Positions 1 to 13,435 of a stretch of 64,000 bases of DNA are shown one piece after another. The notes under the pieces are model-generated. The model was not told the DNA's origin. It was given only the letters and a program-made list of their open reading frames with translations, and did no database searches. This stretch comes from Blasia pusilla (Eukaryota). Numbering within the stretch: position 1 is the first letter of the stretch; every line of letters starts with the position of its first letter. Both the position numbers and the translations under genes were made by a program. The DNA lies in NCBI GenBank assembly GCA_050084515.1, contig CM114271.1, positions 10,044,001 to 10,108,000 on the forward strand. The letters are read 5' to 3'.

Positions 1-244
1 AAATACCCGCCCGATTAAGCAAGGACGCTTATATAGGCCCGACACTATGCGGGTTCTTGACCTTGGCGCCGGGTCTGCAATAGTCAGTTTGGCGCTTCGC
101 TCTTCTACAAAGCTCAAATACTCTCGCGCTTTGCGCATGTGTGAAGGTCCAATACATCGCGCTTTGCTCTTCTGCAAAGCTTGAATACCCTCACGCTTTG
201 CTCTTCTGCGAAGCTTTAGGCAGCCGCTCAACCCCCTTCCCTCC

Positions 245-1105
245 GGTTTTAGTCCGGGTAGGGTGGCGGCTCATGATACCGCGGAACATGCATCCCATTA
301 ACACGAGTGGGAAGTGCTTCGCTCTGTAAGGTCCCCAACTGCAGTGATCCATTATCATATATGGCCAATACTCAGTAGGGTCCCATCAAGTTCAATTTTA
401 ATTTCCCGGGGAACTTTATCCGACGGTTATCATACAATAGCACCAGGTTCCCAACGCTTATAGATTACGTCCGGAGATGTCGATCATATCGTTGCTTGCA
501 TTTGTTTTGCACACATTTGGTCTGGCGTAAAGCCAACGTGCGTGCTCCCTCCAACGCAATTAAGGTCTCATTCCTTCCCTGGAAAACCTCGCCGACCGCC
601 TCCGTTGTCGTTCCTTCCAACACTCAATAAGTGGGCAAAGCCCATTCAATAGGTGTTAAGGGATGAACGCCATAAGTGAGGAAGAACGGGGTATACTTTG
701 TAGAAACCTTCTCGGCTGTTCGATATGCCCACACTGCAACAAAGATTTTCATATCCCAATCATAGGAATACGTAACCGTCAATCGATTCAATATCGGGCA
801 GATCAGGCCGTTATATTTTTCAATCAACCCGTTGGCTTTAGGGTTGTAGGGCATGATCTTCCGATGCTTAATGAGAAAGTGTGACGTTAAAGACTCAATA
901 GTCTGGTTCATAAAATGGGTGCCTCGATCGCTTACTAATTCCAACGGGCAGCCATACCGGGTGATAATTATTTCATATAAAAATTTGGCCACAGCCTCAC
1001 TATCATCTTTGCGCGTGGCCACCGCCTCCACCATCTTGGTACAATAGTCGGTAGCTATCAAAATATATTTTCGCCTTGTATGGCGGGTAGCGGGGGAAAT
1101 AGGGT
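245..1105 (-). pseudogene. Gypsy (Athila-like) integrase fragment: core plus C-terminal GPY region, truncated at 1105
   Basis: ORF 624-1061 (ATDYCTKMVEA...LVSDRGTHF...YNPKANGLIEK) is nearly the same as the integrase at 35868-36774. The KLNLMGPY-like segment is at about 370-400. Bases 1-40 resemble 35553-35592, just upstream of the extra ORF of the complete element. Confidence 0.9.
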
Positions 1106-1827
1106 TGTCATGACCATACGGATTATGTCATGGAGTATAGTGTGCTAGTAGAGGCCATACCTTATGTAGGGCCGTAGTGTCTAGGTAGAGATGCGGTTTC
1201 ATACATAGGGTTGGGGGTTACTCAGTTGAGGGTGACTTTTCCAGTAGGGCCTGCTCTTAGGTTGGAGGATATAGTATGGAGTGCACTCAAAGAACAGCTA
1301 GTTCTTTGAGTTGAGCCTGTTGCATTGGGAGTTAGCTTTGGTAGTGAGTAGAGCTCTTGGCTATGGTGGCTCCCGTAAGCTTCGACCTGGATTCTCCCAT
1401 CGTGGAGTGGGTTTGGCTCGATTGTATGTGATTCTATACGTGTTTTATGACAGTAGGTCTTTCACAGATTTCACTCAAAGAACTAGAGTAGATTGATGGT
1501 AGCTTCGATTGTGGATCAGTAGGATCCGGCTAGGGCTGATTGTGTATCAGCCGTGGATGTTCGTGGCTTGTGGCCTATATTGGAGGTAGGAATCTGGTGC
1601 GTGATTGATTGGGAAAGAAGCGCCTTTTTGAGAGCTTTCCAGCGCGCTTTAGATCGCCGGATTTTGTGAAGGGAGTTGGAAGTTATCAAGGATTGAAGAA
1701 TCTGGTTCGTGTTCGACGGTTTTCTGATGTGGAGAGCTTGGAGTGCGGAAGCTCTGTTGATGTTCATCCAGAGCGGGTGAGAGGTTCTTGTTGCTACTTG
1801 TATTGTGATCTCAAGCAAGAAATGACA
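1106..1827. repeat. Probable LTR remnant with TGTCAT...ATGACA termini
   Basis: It begins TGTCATG exactly where integrase homology stops and ends with the inverted ATGACA. The flanks (AGGGT / TCAAA) do not form a TSD. Confidence 0.45.
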
Positions 1828-2689
1828 TCAAACGGATGGCTCTTGCTCCCATGAGCACTCTCGTGAGCCATGAAGTGGGGAACACTATCTCCCAACCTGC
1901 AACAAACAGCGAACACCAGCAAGCTCCTCCATCGTACCTCTCAAATCCTCATTCTCTCTTTGTAAATCAAGTAGATCTCACATCACATCTCACACCAATC
2001 TCTCCATGGTGTGCACTCTCTCATGTCAAACCAAACCCACTCTCCTAATGAGAGGCTTGGGTTACACATACAAGGCAAGCAAGACCATAGCTCCGCCGCC
2101 TCATGCCAAGAGGTTCAACAAAGAGAGAATGCTCTCAAACTCTCTCTCTTGGAGGTATATCCCCTTCCCTCTCCCAAGTTCTCTCCTCGGTAACCTATGC
2201 TTGCAGGTCACCTCCTTGGCTCTTGACCTGCTGTAGCGGTTCTAGGGCCACTTCCCAAATTGGAAATTCAACTATATTCCAAATTGAAAATTACCCAAAA
2301 TAGTAAGTTTATCTATATGGCTCCAAATGAGCCGAAACAAAGGGGAAACATGCTCTCTTAGGTTACTCGTCGCCTCAACATGTCATCCTAGATCTCTTGA
2401 GGCTGCCCTCCAATATCTCCGAAGACATGGATCAAAAAATTCTCAAGGTTGCAAAAATGGGGGTTCTACATATCTACATGATATTTTTCCATGTGGTTTA
2501 TAATACACCTACAAAATTACTGAAAAAATGTTGGATGAATTTCTCTACACAAACAAAGATACAAGGAAATCACCCAAAATCCTCTATAACCCTCTGGATA
2601 TGGAAAGCATTCCGGAGTCCACCGCCAGGGCCACAGATGTCAGAATCACCCATAAAAAATCCTACGAATGGGCTAATTTCTACGTGATA
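1828..2689 (-). repeat. Inverted fragment of the 5'/LTR region of the DNMT-carrying Gypsy family
   Basis: 1836-2010 is the reverse complement of about 20530-20680, and 2150-2410 of about 19500-19760. It ends in TACGTGATA, the reverse complement of the family start T(G/A)TCACGT. A related piece lies at about 6820-7005. Confidence 0.7.
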
Positions 2690-3701
2690 AACAGACACAA
2701 TACAACCAAGTCCCAAGGTAAAAAAGGGATATAATAGCCCATGAGACATTGTAAATTGAAAGGTATCTGCCAATGCTATAATTGTGAGAGCCAAATGTTT
2801 CAAACTCAAGCACTTATGGCCAATCCTTGAGTGCTATGGTCACTTGCACCACCTACATCCACTTAATACACATGGATAATACATTCTAAACTTATCAAAC
2901 TGAAATAGAGCGCATTCAAGAAGGAGGTAACTACAAAGACCAACTAACCCATGTATTATAGAGTCTAATCAAGAACCACAAGCCTAATCATTGCATGACA
3001 TAGTACCACACGGCACCCAATACAGCAGCTCTGTAGTCTTCGAACTTAGACTAGTCGAGCGAAATCAAATTAGTGACTATCAATCTATTCTCAATAGAAC
3101 TGCAACCAATTGGCTGCTAATCCCGTCTTACACAATTACAAAGAACAAAAAGAATTTCAGCCTTGCAGTTTCTGCGGATTCCAAAAGTAGGGAGCCAATC
3201 GAAGGGTAGCAAACCTCTCCTCATTCTCTATCCGCATCACTTGATACACCTTCAGAATAGATGCGGAAACGAGGAGAATAAATGCGAAAATGAACCCATC
3301 CAAAGTGGCCCATCAAACACCTCAAAGATGGAGGTGTTCATTAACACATCCATCTCCAAGGATCGGTGTGCAACCTCATTGGAAATAGTAAATCTCCTCC
3401 AATCCCCAAAGGACAATACAATCTAACATTTCCAAGGCCAATACCATGTACATTTCATGTTCATGGTTGAATCACCGTTTGACGACGGGTTCTTTGACAA
3501 GACTCATTAACTTTTCTATCTTTTCTAATACTAATGCAGAAAAAAAATTACTATCTTCGTCCATCCATTGTCTAAGGGGGATAGCTAGAGATAGGAGATG
3601 CTCTTCCATGAGAACTAAGATGGTTGGGTCTCCTAGGCGACAAGGCTTCTTCCTCTAGGCTAGGGTTACCCATCAGCCTTTCCCTTTTCAGCTAATCCTA
3701 T

Positions 3702-3721
3702 GATCCCCGGCAGCGGCGCCA
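3702..3721 (-). promoter_or_regulatory. Primer-binding site complementary to the tRNA-Asp 3' end
   Basis: GATCCCCGGCAGCGGCGCCA on + (TGGCGCCGCTGCCGGGGATC on -), an Athila-type PBS identical to 41968-41987. Confidence 0.85.
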
Positions 3722-3737
3722 AGAATTTGGTTATATA

Positions 3738-5079
3738 TGTAATGTACTAGAATTATAAGAATTGATCTTTTTAAGGTGATTTATGGAGTTCAATCCCCAA
3801 GAGGATCATGATTATCTGAAAAGAAAGTTGAAGTGTTTCATTTATGTGAGTTTTATAATTGTGTTGATACAAAATAGATTCAAGCATTCATTTGCTTATT
3901 CTCCTTCTTACGAGTACCAAGATTTTGCTTTCCTCTATTCTCTCCAGTGGAATTGGATTCACGCTAAGGCAGATCTTTGCTCAACACCACAGAACCTCAC
4001 AAAGATCTTAACAGGATGATGGCTTCTCCTACTTTCGGAACTCAATCCGTCTTGGCAAGCTACTCTCTGTTGAACAAATTTCTTAAAACTTGTTGTTGAT
4101 TATTCTAGTGGTGATAGTATTCTCATGATCTCTTTCTCACTCTACAGACCCAATAAGATGATTCATGAATACATGTCGCACATCAAAATGAAGAAAGGGA
4201 ATCCTTTACTATTCCATCAAGAATGAGAAAGCTTCAAAGTGTATACAAGCACGAGAGGGTACTACTCCCTTGCTCAGACCATTCCTACAACATAAGGACT
4301 TCGGAAGAGAATAATGTTGATAGCTACTTTCATGCTTCTTAAATATCCTCCGAGACAATATTAGTCCTGTAAGATCTGAAGTGCTTCTTGTAAATCTAGT
4401 ACCTATTAGGGTCTTGTAACTACTTTGATCTATGGTTCTCTTATCTTTTCCTAGGATCCTTACGAATCCGCTGTTTGTGACTGTCCTAACTTCCTATCTG
4501 GTCCAAAAAGTCACTTCTCTTCCTAGCCTAACTATTCTAACGGTGTGCGGCTTGAAATCGCGACTAATCTTAGCTTTGCTACGAAGTCAGAACCTCTTCT
4601 TCTTCCTTTGAGGACGGAGCTCTTCCTCTGTGTCTGAGGATAAAGCGTTGCATTCTTTGCGCTTGTTCCAAGTGCTTCGTTCTTTGTGCTTCCGCACCGA
4701 TGCTTTGTCTTGATGCTTTGTCTTGGTGCTTCGTTGAAGAGCAAAGTACTTCTTGCTCTTCTTCTTCATCGTGCTTCGTTCAAGAGCAAAGCACTTCATA
4801 AACCAGTTCTTTATTAAGCTTCGTTGTCTTTGCTACGCTTTGCTCTTGGTCTTTAGACTTCGTTACCTCATTTCCCTCTCCTCCAAGGTAAGTCCTTGAT
4901 CTGCCACCTCTCTGCCTTATCATAAGAGCTTCGTGATCCACTCCAATAATCCTCATTATTCCAATACGCAAAAATAATATCCAAGACAGTCTTGTATATA
5001 CAAGCTTTACTTCACAGAGTCTTCATTCCTTGAATCAAAATGTATAAATCTCCAAAATTACAAAATTTTGGGTATCACA
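3738..5079 (-). repeat. 5' LTR of a deleted Athila-like Gypsy element
   Basis: TGTAATG...GGGTATCACA termini and internal blocks shared with the LTRs at 32415-33595 and 42005-43181. The PBS is adjacent, and the leader at 3450-3700 resembles 41700-41970. Confidence 0.85.
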
Positions 5080-6086
5080 GTTGACTTCAAGGGACCAAAT
5101 TAGAACTTAGGTTTCCATTTAGCCCTATTCGCCCTTTGTATACGTTTTGCATAAACCTAGCAAATGTAAGAATAGAGCTCATTCTTCATAAGCTATTTGC
5201 AACTCTAGAAAGACTACGGAAGGAATATTCTATGGTTAGATATCATAACTAAAGTTTTGACATGGGTGAAGTACTCACAGCCACGTCAAAAGAAAACATT
5301 ATGTTGGCTCAATTCTTCTATGTAAGGGAGAAGTCCAAGGATGTGCTGAACCGATTTCAAATCCACTGACATACACTTTTAGCATAAAATATTAGGTAAT
5401 AAATTATCTATTACAACATCATGCAAAATACTACTATTTGGGACGTCAATCATCATACAACAAGAAAAGACATTAAAAAAGAGATACCTCCAAACAATCC
5501 TAATATATCTTCAAAAAAGGATCCAAGGAATGGAAGTGGCCCACCATTTTCATGGTGTACGCTAAACCAGTAGCCCTATAAGGACTTAAGTTCCCATTCG
5601 ATCTTGAAATTTCTTGTGGAGATTTCAAGACTATACAATGACAAGCCAATGATTGTCTATCAAGATATTTGGCCTATTGTATCCAGAGTGACTGTAAGGG
5701 ACATAATCAAAACTTTAGTTCCAAATCTTCTTTTTCTCTTAAGCAACATAATTTATAAAAAAAAAACCAATTGAAAAGTATTCGTAAGTATAGTTCCAAA
5801 TGACCTTTGATCCACTTCTTGTCCTCTAATTTGAAAATAGTATAGTCTTATTAGAAGTAGCCTTGCACTTGCCCATGGAAAGAATTATTTTGGTCAGGCA
5901 ACAACTCGTGCTATAAGAATCAAATCTTAAGTTCCAATTCAAAAGCTTTTAGAACTATGGTAGCCTTTCACTTGCCCATGGAAGGAGTTGTTCTACTTCT
6001 AGAATAGCTTCTACATTCAAAATGGGATCTTAAGTGTAAATTAAAAAGCATTTAGAACTATATTCTAAATTACCTCTAATCCATTG

Positions 6087-6329
6087 CAAGGTTGTATAGA
6101 AATGGACATGTCCAAACATGTGGACACACATGCTCGGCCCGCACCCACATCCAAGCCCACCCAAAGCCCGCCCAATAGACCCAGGCTCACAGAGCCCGCA
6201 CCCGTTGCGTGGCCCATAACTAGGCCCGTAGGGCGGGCTCAGGTTTGGGTGCACGGGCCCGCACGGACATGTTTTTCCATAGGACAGACATAAGTCCGCG
6301 GACATGGACTTTGTCCATGTGTAACCTTG
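6087..6329. mobile_element. Small non-autonomous hAT-like MITE (243 bp)
   Basis: Termini CAAGGTT...AACCTTG, subterminal GGACATG/GCCCG repeats, GC-rich in an AT-rich context, and an 8-bp TSD ATCCATTG/ACCCATTG (7 of 8 match). Confidence 0.65.
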
Positions 6330-8454
6330 ACCCATTGCTTATTTTCCAAAGTAATATAGAGCTATTGGGCTTAATCTTGTAGTTGCCCACGGAAGTAGCT
6401 ATTGCGGCTCCATAATAGCTCCTACCTCCGGAATCGGATCTTAAGTGCCAATTCAGAAGCATTAAAAACTATATTTCCAAATAACCTCTAATCAAACATC
6501 TACCCTTGAAACTGGTTTGGACCTAATTATTGTAGACTAGTTCTCCTCCAAATTTTTCATCCTACAATAGAACATGATCTTGAGTTTCAACTTGGTCCAC
6601 TTATTCCTACTAGGTATTGTGCTTCACTTTCCAATTGAAAGTTATGTTCCGACTATAGAATGCCTTCTTCCATTGGAATTGGATCTTAAGAGCCAATTCA
6701 AAAGCATTTGGAAGACTGATTATGGTTCCAAATAACGTTTATTATGCATATACACATTGCTACGTAACATACATCATTATCACTAACTACAAGCACAAAC
6801 ACCCAAGATACCATACTCATTCATGGCATCTGAACATCGAGACAAATGAGTACCAAAATATCTCCAATAAAATCAAGATCACTCAAAGCTCTCACACAAA
6901 CTCCATTTCTCTCTCATATCAAACCAAACCCACTCTCTCATTAAAAGGCTTGAGTTACTCGATCACAAGCCAAACGAGGACCATAGCTCCGTCGCCTCAT
7001 GCCAAGAACGTTGCTAATAGCTCATTATATGATGCTCACACTAACAAGGATGAACAAAGCAAGTCATGATCATGGATCTAAGGAGGAGAGACCTTTGAGT
7101 GGCCCACCAAAATTGTAACCTACACAACTAGTCACAAAAATTTATCGTACCCTTATTCCTCTTGAATGTTGATCTCATATATTGTGGAATCTTATATTCA
7201 ATAGGTCATGTTATATTTACTTATCTGCTCCCAAACATACTAACATTAGCGGTTTTTTGGATCAATCAGTCTCCCCTCTCCTAAGTTCTGAACTCGGGCC
7301 CTAACCTAAAATGGCGTTAACGCACCTATTGGTCCCAATTGCCCAATGCACCTCAAACAAGTCTCTAGCCACGACCCAATATCTAAGTTGAGTAAGGGAT
7401 GAAGGCCCTAAGTTGATATCCATAATTAATCCTCTTGGAGTTGGCTTGATGTCCGCATCTTGACGCTAACCTCTTGATCCATCTTGTGGCCTTGGTTCAT
7501 CCCCACCGTTTCCCAAGGTAGGGTTTTGGTCCCAAACTCTCTTCAAGATCCTCCTCCTTATATATAGTTCTAGAGATCTCCACCCCCTCCCTACCTTTTG
7601 AAGATTTCGTTATAGTCAAGCTTATGCTACATTTGATACTCACACGAAGTAGGAAAGCTTAATCTTGGTTATCTAGTTAAGCATGATTATCTTAACTAGG
7701 ATTAGTTAATCCCAGTTAGTCTAACTCAAGACCATGGTTAGGATTAGGGTTAGGGTTGCTTGTACATACTCTATATAATTGAGAACGGCATCAGCCTCTA
7801 CTCATTATTTCATTGCATATTTTCGTTCTCCATGGTGGTGTATGAGTGTGAGAGTCGTATCCTATCAGTTATGTTTCTTTAACAATTTTCTATATGGTAT
7901 CATAGTGATAGGAGAACATCAATTGAAATTCTTGATGATTGAGGAGAGAATAGAGGCAAGAGAAGGCACAATTTGAGTTTCGGAGAAGGAAATTTTGTTT
8001 AGAGCTCAATGGCAGGAGATTTCAAGTAGAGCTATGACGTACGCTGATAAAACTTTGGAGGCATTTTTAGGGCTTTCCCAGTTGATTCAACAATCTAGGT
8101 CTGCATCGATCATAACGACTGAAAATTTTATACCAATCGACTTATAGAGCTTGTCAAGGTATCTCCAACGCATCCAAAATCATTCGATAATGACATTTTG
8201 AGCTTTTGGAATAGCCATTTCAATGTAGGGAAGTGCAATTAGTGAAGGAAAGTTGTGCAATTTGCTTTTTATATGCCAATTTTGACTAGTTTTTTCATAC
8301 TGTTGGTCAATTTTGGAAACTTTTAGGTCAATTTATTTGTAGGAGTGGTCTATACTTCAATTGGAGCACTTGTGAGCCTGAAATTACCTTTTTGTGAGTA
8401 AAATCCTTCTTCATAGAATATTCCTCAATAGTAATCACAAACGAGAAGCTACAT

Positions 8455-11400
8455 TGTTGGATTCTCAACATCCACTTCTCTAAGCACCATTAATCTGATC
8501 GACCCCCTTGTATGAGGAGAAGCCTAGATTGATGGTTCCGACTTGGACGTCGAAGGAGTCATAGTAATATGATGTAGGTGGTTTTAGGAGTAGCGTTACT
8601 AGGTTTATCTAACCCTATATTGCATCAGGGTGCAAAATTTTTCTATAAATAGAAACGAAGAAAAATAGGTAAAAACCCTAGTTTTCCCGAGTAGTCAAAT
8701 AGTCGGGAGCCGCAGCGGTAGCGCATTCTCGTATGTCGAGTTATCTCCATGTTGAGGTTCCATCAAAGTTCTTCTGTGAGCGCACGGACAGACTAGGCCA
8801 CTTTGTATCTATAAGTTTTGTAAAGATTTCAGTGATTTCGTCACTTTCTATTTTCTCACATGGTATCAGAGCAGTAGGTTTTCTTGTATTTTGTATCTGG
8901 CGATCTAGTGTATTTGCACAAAATCTTGAGAGATGGCTACTTCTTCGTCAGTTCGTGCTCGCCCTCCTCTGCTGGATGAAGGGAAGTTAGATGGGTCTAA
9001 CTATACATTATGGAAGTTCAAAATGAGAGCTGTCCTCGAATCATTTGAGATCTGGGAAACGGCAATAGGGGTCGATTCAAATCCACAAGCTACTTTGAGT
9101 TCTGCATGTTCATCTTCATCTGGGGATAGCGATCCTGTTGTATTGTTGGCATGGAGACGCAGAAATGCTGATGCTCTATATGCAATTGTCACGAATATAA
9201 CTGATTCTGTCATGACTCTCATTCAACATACAACCACTGTTGTTGAGGCATGGAACATTTTGAAGAATCAGTATAAAACGAGGAATGAGACTCGAATTCA
9301 GAATGTGGAGAATCAACTTACGTCCGAGAAATTTTCAGAAGGAGAAAGCGCGGAGCAATTTTTGACAAGGATCAAGAATCTTCAAGATCAGATGGCGTCC
9401 GTAGGAATTTCAAAATCTAGCAAAGATTTGGCACGTCGGTGCATAAGGATTTTGCCTCCAAGGTATGACAGTTTGGTCACTACATTGAATACTCAAGTAA
9501 GACCCACGCCGCTTACTTTTGAACAACTTAGTGCAATGTTGGTAGAAGAGGAAATGGGCTTCAAAGCAAGAGAGGGAAGTGATGCAACATTTACTGCCAA
9601 CGTACAGAGAGGTAGAAATCACGATTACAGTTCAAATGTCAAGAATAAATTTCCAAGAAAAGCCCTCAAATGCTTTTATTGTGCTAAGCTAGGTCATCTT
9701 ATCAAAGATTGTAGAAAGAGGAGTCAGGATGAGAAGAACGGTTGTTTAAGACATAAGAAGGAGTGTGGAAATTCTATAGAACTAGGAGAACATGAAGTAG
9801 ATGCTTGGGTAGCAATAGAAGAGTTTTGCACAGAGGCAGAACATTCCACTAAGTCAAAGAGTGAAGATGCATGGGTACTTAATAGTGGAGCATCTAGGCA
9901 TATGACCAATCATAAGGATTGGTATAGCTTCTTACAGCCTCTACAAGAGCCCATCGTTGTTATTGTTGGGAATAATGCAAAGTGCCCTGTAGAAGAGAAA
10001 GGCACAATTTCTTTAGTCTCACAAAAAGGAGATGAAAAGAAGTTAACTGATGTATTGTACGTACCTGAGTTGAAGCAAAATTTGATTTCCGTGGCAGTAT
10101 TATGTGATCGTGACCTAGAAGTTCCTTTCAAGAAAACTGAAGCAGTCATTGAGTATGCCAATTGGAAAGTAGTGGGTGAAGGTATACGACGTGGAAATAT
10201 CTACGAGTTGTATGCTTTCAGGACAAGTGTAGGTACAGATCTTAGTAGCAGTAAGTTGTGGCATGAAAGATTTGGTCATCTAAGCTTTCCCTTACTAAGT
10301 CAGATGTAGAAATCTGGCATGGTTGCTGATTTACCAATAATTTTTGGAGTGTCGGATACTTGTGAAGCTTGTATGATGGGCAAGCAACACCGACAACCAT
10401 TTCCATCAGAGTCCAGCAATAGAGCAAAGGCTCCTCTAGAGTTGATACATGTTGACCTCTGTGGTAAAATGAGAACAGTGGCATTAGGTGGATCTTCCTA
10501 CTTCTTTTTAGTTGTCGACGATTATAGTAGGAAGATGTGGGTGTATTTCCTTTGTGATAAGGCAAGTGCTTTTGGAAAATTTAAAGTATGGCACAAGCTG
10601 GTTGAGAATGAGATAGGAAAGAAGGTACAAAAGCTTCGCACCGATCGAGGAGGAGAATTCTAATCAACAGAATTCAACAAATATTTGAGGAGCATGGAAT
10701 CAAGCGACAGTTAACCACGGCACATACACAATAACAAAATGGAGTTGTTGAGCGTCGAAACCATACAGTGGTGAGATGGCAAGAAGTATGATGAAAGCAA
10801 AAGGTTTGACATTAGGATTTTGGGCTGAAGTTGTTAATACTGCCATATACATTCTAAATAGAAGTGCTACCAAGTCAGTGCAAGGCATGACTCCTCATCA
10901 ATCATACTCATGTAAGGTACCATCAGTCCAACTTTTGAGGACTTTTGGTAGTGAGTGTTTTGTACATATTCCTGAAGCATCTAAGACCAAGCTGGAGTCC
11001 AAGAGCAGGAAGTGCATCTTTATGGGATACAGTGATGAGTCTAAAGCTTATCGCCTTTGGTGTCCTGAGGAAAAGAAGATGCTTGTGAGTCGTGATGTGG
11101 TGTTCTAGGAACAGCCTTGTCAAGTGGCAGATATCAGTGGTCCGTCCAAATTATCATCATACGAAGAGATAACCCACTAGAGCACACCACCAATGTTTAC
11201 ACCAGATCATCAAGAAGAAGAATTTGGTGATGATTACAAAGAGCAACCTTCTCTTCCACTACGGTCGTCATACCCTAAGTGGATAAAGCAGCTCTTGGAT
11301 GGTAAGGATCCACCTGCAACTGATGAAGTTGTTACACATCCAAGGAGATCCAAGAGACTAGAGGAGCAGAATAGAGCTTCCGCACATCTCATCAACATGG

Positions 11401-13435
11401 CCTTGATGATAGAGGTCTTGAAGGTGGAAGAGCCATCATGCTTGGATGAGGCCCTTGCTCATCCTGAATGGAGAGAGGCCATACCGATGGAGATGGACGC
11501 TATTCAGAGAAATGAAACTTGGACTTTGGTTGAAAAGCCAAAGGATAGGAAGATAATATACACCAAGTGGGTGTACAAGACCAAGTACAAGTCGGACGGT
11601 ACATTGGATAAATTCAAGCGAGGTAGGTTGCACCAGGATGCTCACAAATTGAAGGTTTTGACTACTATGAGACTTTTGCTCCTACTACAAGGATGACAAC
11701 CATTCGAATTGTTCTAGCGGTTGCAGGAACAAGACGTTGGCCTGTATACCAATACAATGTGAAGTCTGCTTTTCTGAACGGGAGTCACAAGGAGGAGGTA
11801 TATGTTTCTCAACCACCAGGTTTTGAGACACCCGGATGAGAAGAGAAAGTTTGTTTACTTCATCGAGCATTGTATGGGTTGAAGCAAGCCCAAAGGGTAT
11901 GGTATCAACGAATAGATACATTCTTTCGAGAGAAGGGTCTCATCAAGAGTCTGTCAGAAGCAAATTTGTATGTGTTTTGCGAAGATGGGATCTATATGTT
12001 GATAGTCTTGTATGTGGATGATCTTATCATCACAGAAGACCACAATAAGAAAATAGAGGAAATGAAGGGAGTGTTGAAATCTGAGTTTGAAATGTCAGAT
12101 TTAGGTCTTTTGCACTACTTTATAGGGCTGGAAATTTGGCAACAATCAGATTCTATTTTTCTCTCTTATCAGAAGTATGCTAGAGAAATCTTGAAGGCAT
12201 TCGGGATGACCGAGTGTAAGGCAGTGGTCTCGCCAATGGAGGTAGAGTTGAAACTCTCGATGGAGGATGTTTCACCATTGGTAGATGAAAAGTTGTACAG
12301 AAAGCTTATAGGCAGTTTGATATTTTTGTGTAACACTAGACCAGACATTAGCTTCGCTGTGGGAGTGTTGAGTAGGTTCTCAACTAAGCCTCGTGAGAAC
12401 CATTGGAAGGCAGGGATGCGTGTGTTGAAGTACATCAAAGGCACTATCATGTACGGCATCACCTATGGAGTAGGGACGGAAATGACAAGTTTTTGTGACT
12501 CGGATTGGGCAGGAGATTCAGATTCTCGAAGATCAATTTCGGGTTATTGCTTCTTGGTAGGATCAGGTGTGGTATCATGGGTCAGCAAGAAGCCACCTAC
12601 AGTGGCTCTTTCTTCTACCGAGGAAGAGTACAAGGCGGCTTGTTATACTTCTTGTGAAGCAGTATGGTTGAGATGGATATTCGAGGACATAGGAGAAGCA
12701 CCAGAAAATGCTACTGTAATGTGATGTGACAATAAGAGTTGCATATAATCATGTGTTTCATACTCCTGTGTTTCATACTCCTGTGTTTCATACTCCATTG
12801 CACGTAATCCTGTGTTTCATACTCGTATGAAGCACATAGAGATCCAGTATCACTGTGTTCGTGAATTGATCCAGAGAGGGGTTTTGAAGTTAGTCTATTG
12901 TCCAATAGAGGATAACCGTGCAGACATCTTCACGAAAGCTTTGAACAGAGATCAGCTTCACCGACATGTGAAGGGTCTTGGCATAGGTCCAAGACAGTAG
13001 TCCACATGAGAGTGGATATTGAGGGGGGGTGTTGGATTCTCAACATCCACTTCTCTGGGCACCATTAATCTGATCGGCCCCCTTGTATGAGGAGAAGCCT
13101 AGATTGATGGTTCCGACTTAGACGTCGGAGGAGTCATAGTAATATGACGTAGGTGGTTTTAGGAGTAACGTTACTAGATTTATCTCACCCTATATTGCAT
13201 CAGGATCCAAAAATTTTCTATTAATAGAAACGAAGAAAAATAGGTAAAAACCCTAGTTTTCCCGAGTAATAAAATAGTCGGGAGCCGCAGCGGTAGCGCA
13301 TTCTCGTATGTCGAGTTATCTCCATGTTGAGGTTCCATCGAAGTTCTTCTGTGAGCGCACGGATGGACTAGGCCACTTTGTATTTCTAAGTTTTGTAAAG
13401 ATTTCAGTGATTTCGTCACTTTCTATTTTCTCACA
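8455..13435 (+). mobile_element. Full-length Ty1/Copia LTR retrotransposon
   Basis: 406-bp LTRs at 8455-8860 and 13030-13435 (TG...CA, about 20 mismatches counted by eye). Perfect TSD TACAT, PBS TGGTATCAGAGC (iMet) at 8861-8872, PPT GAGGGGGGG at 13021-13029. Confidence 0.97.
8933..13000 (+). pseudogene. Copia gag-pol polyprotein (gag, zinc knuckle, protease, integrase, RT, RNase H) with stops and frameshifts
   Basis: CFYCAKLGHLIKDC; WVLNSGASRHM; LWHERFGH...CEAC; LELIHVDLCG; LRTDRGGEF; YGLKQA; LYVDDL; CDSDWAGD; ADIFTKAL. Confidence 0.95.

Noticed and set aside
7088-7120. Possible minus-strand PBS and LTR end of the chromovirus-like element (GGCCCACCA..TGTAAC)
   Set aside because: I could not match it confidently to a tRNA, and no second LTR copy is present to confirm the boundary.
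7743-7757. Interstitial telomere repeat (TTAGGG)
   Set aside because: Only two or three units, part of the Copia LTR and repeated in its sister LTRs.
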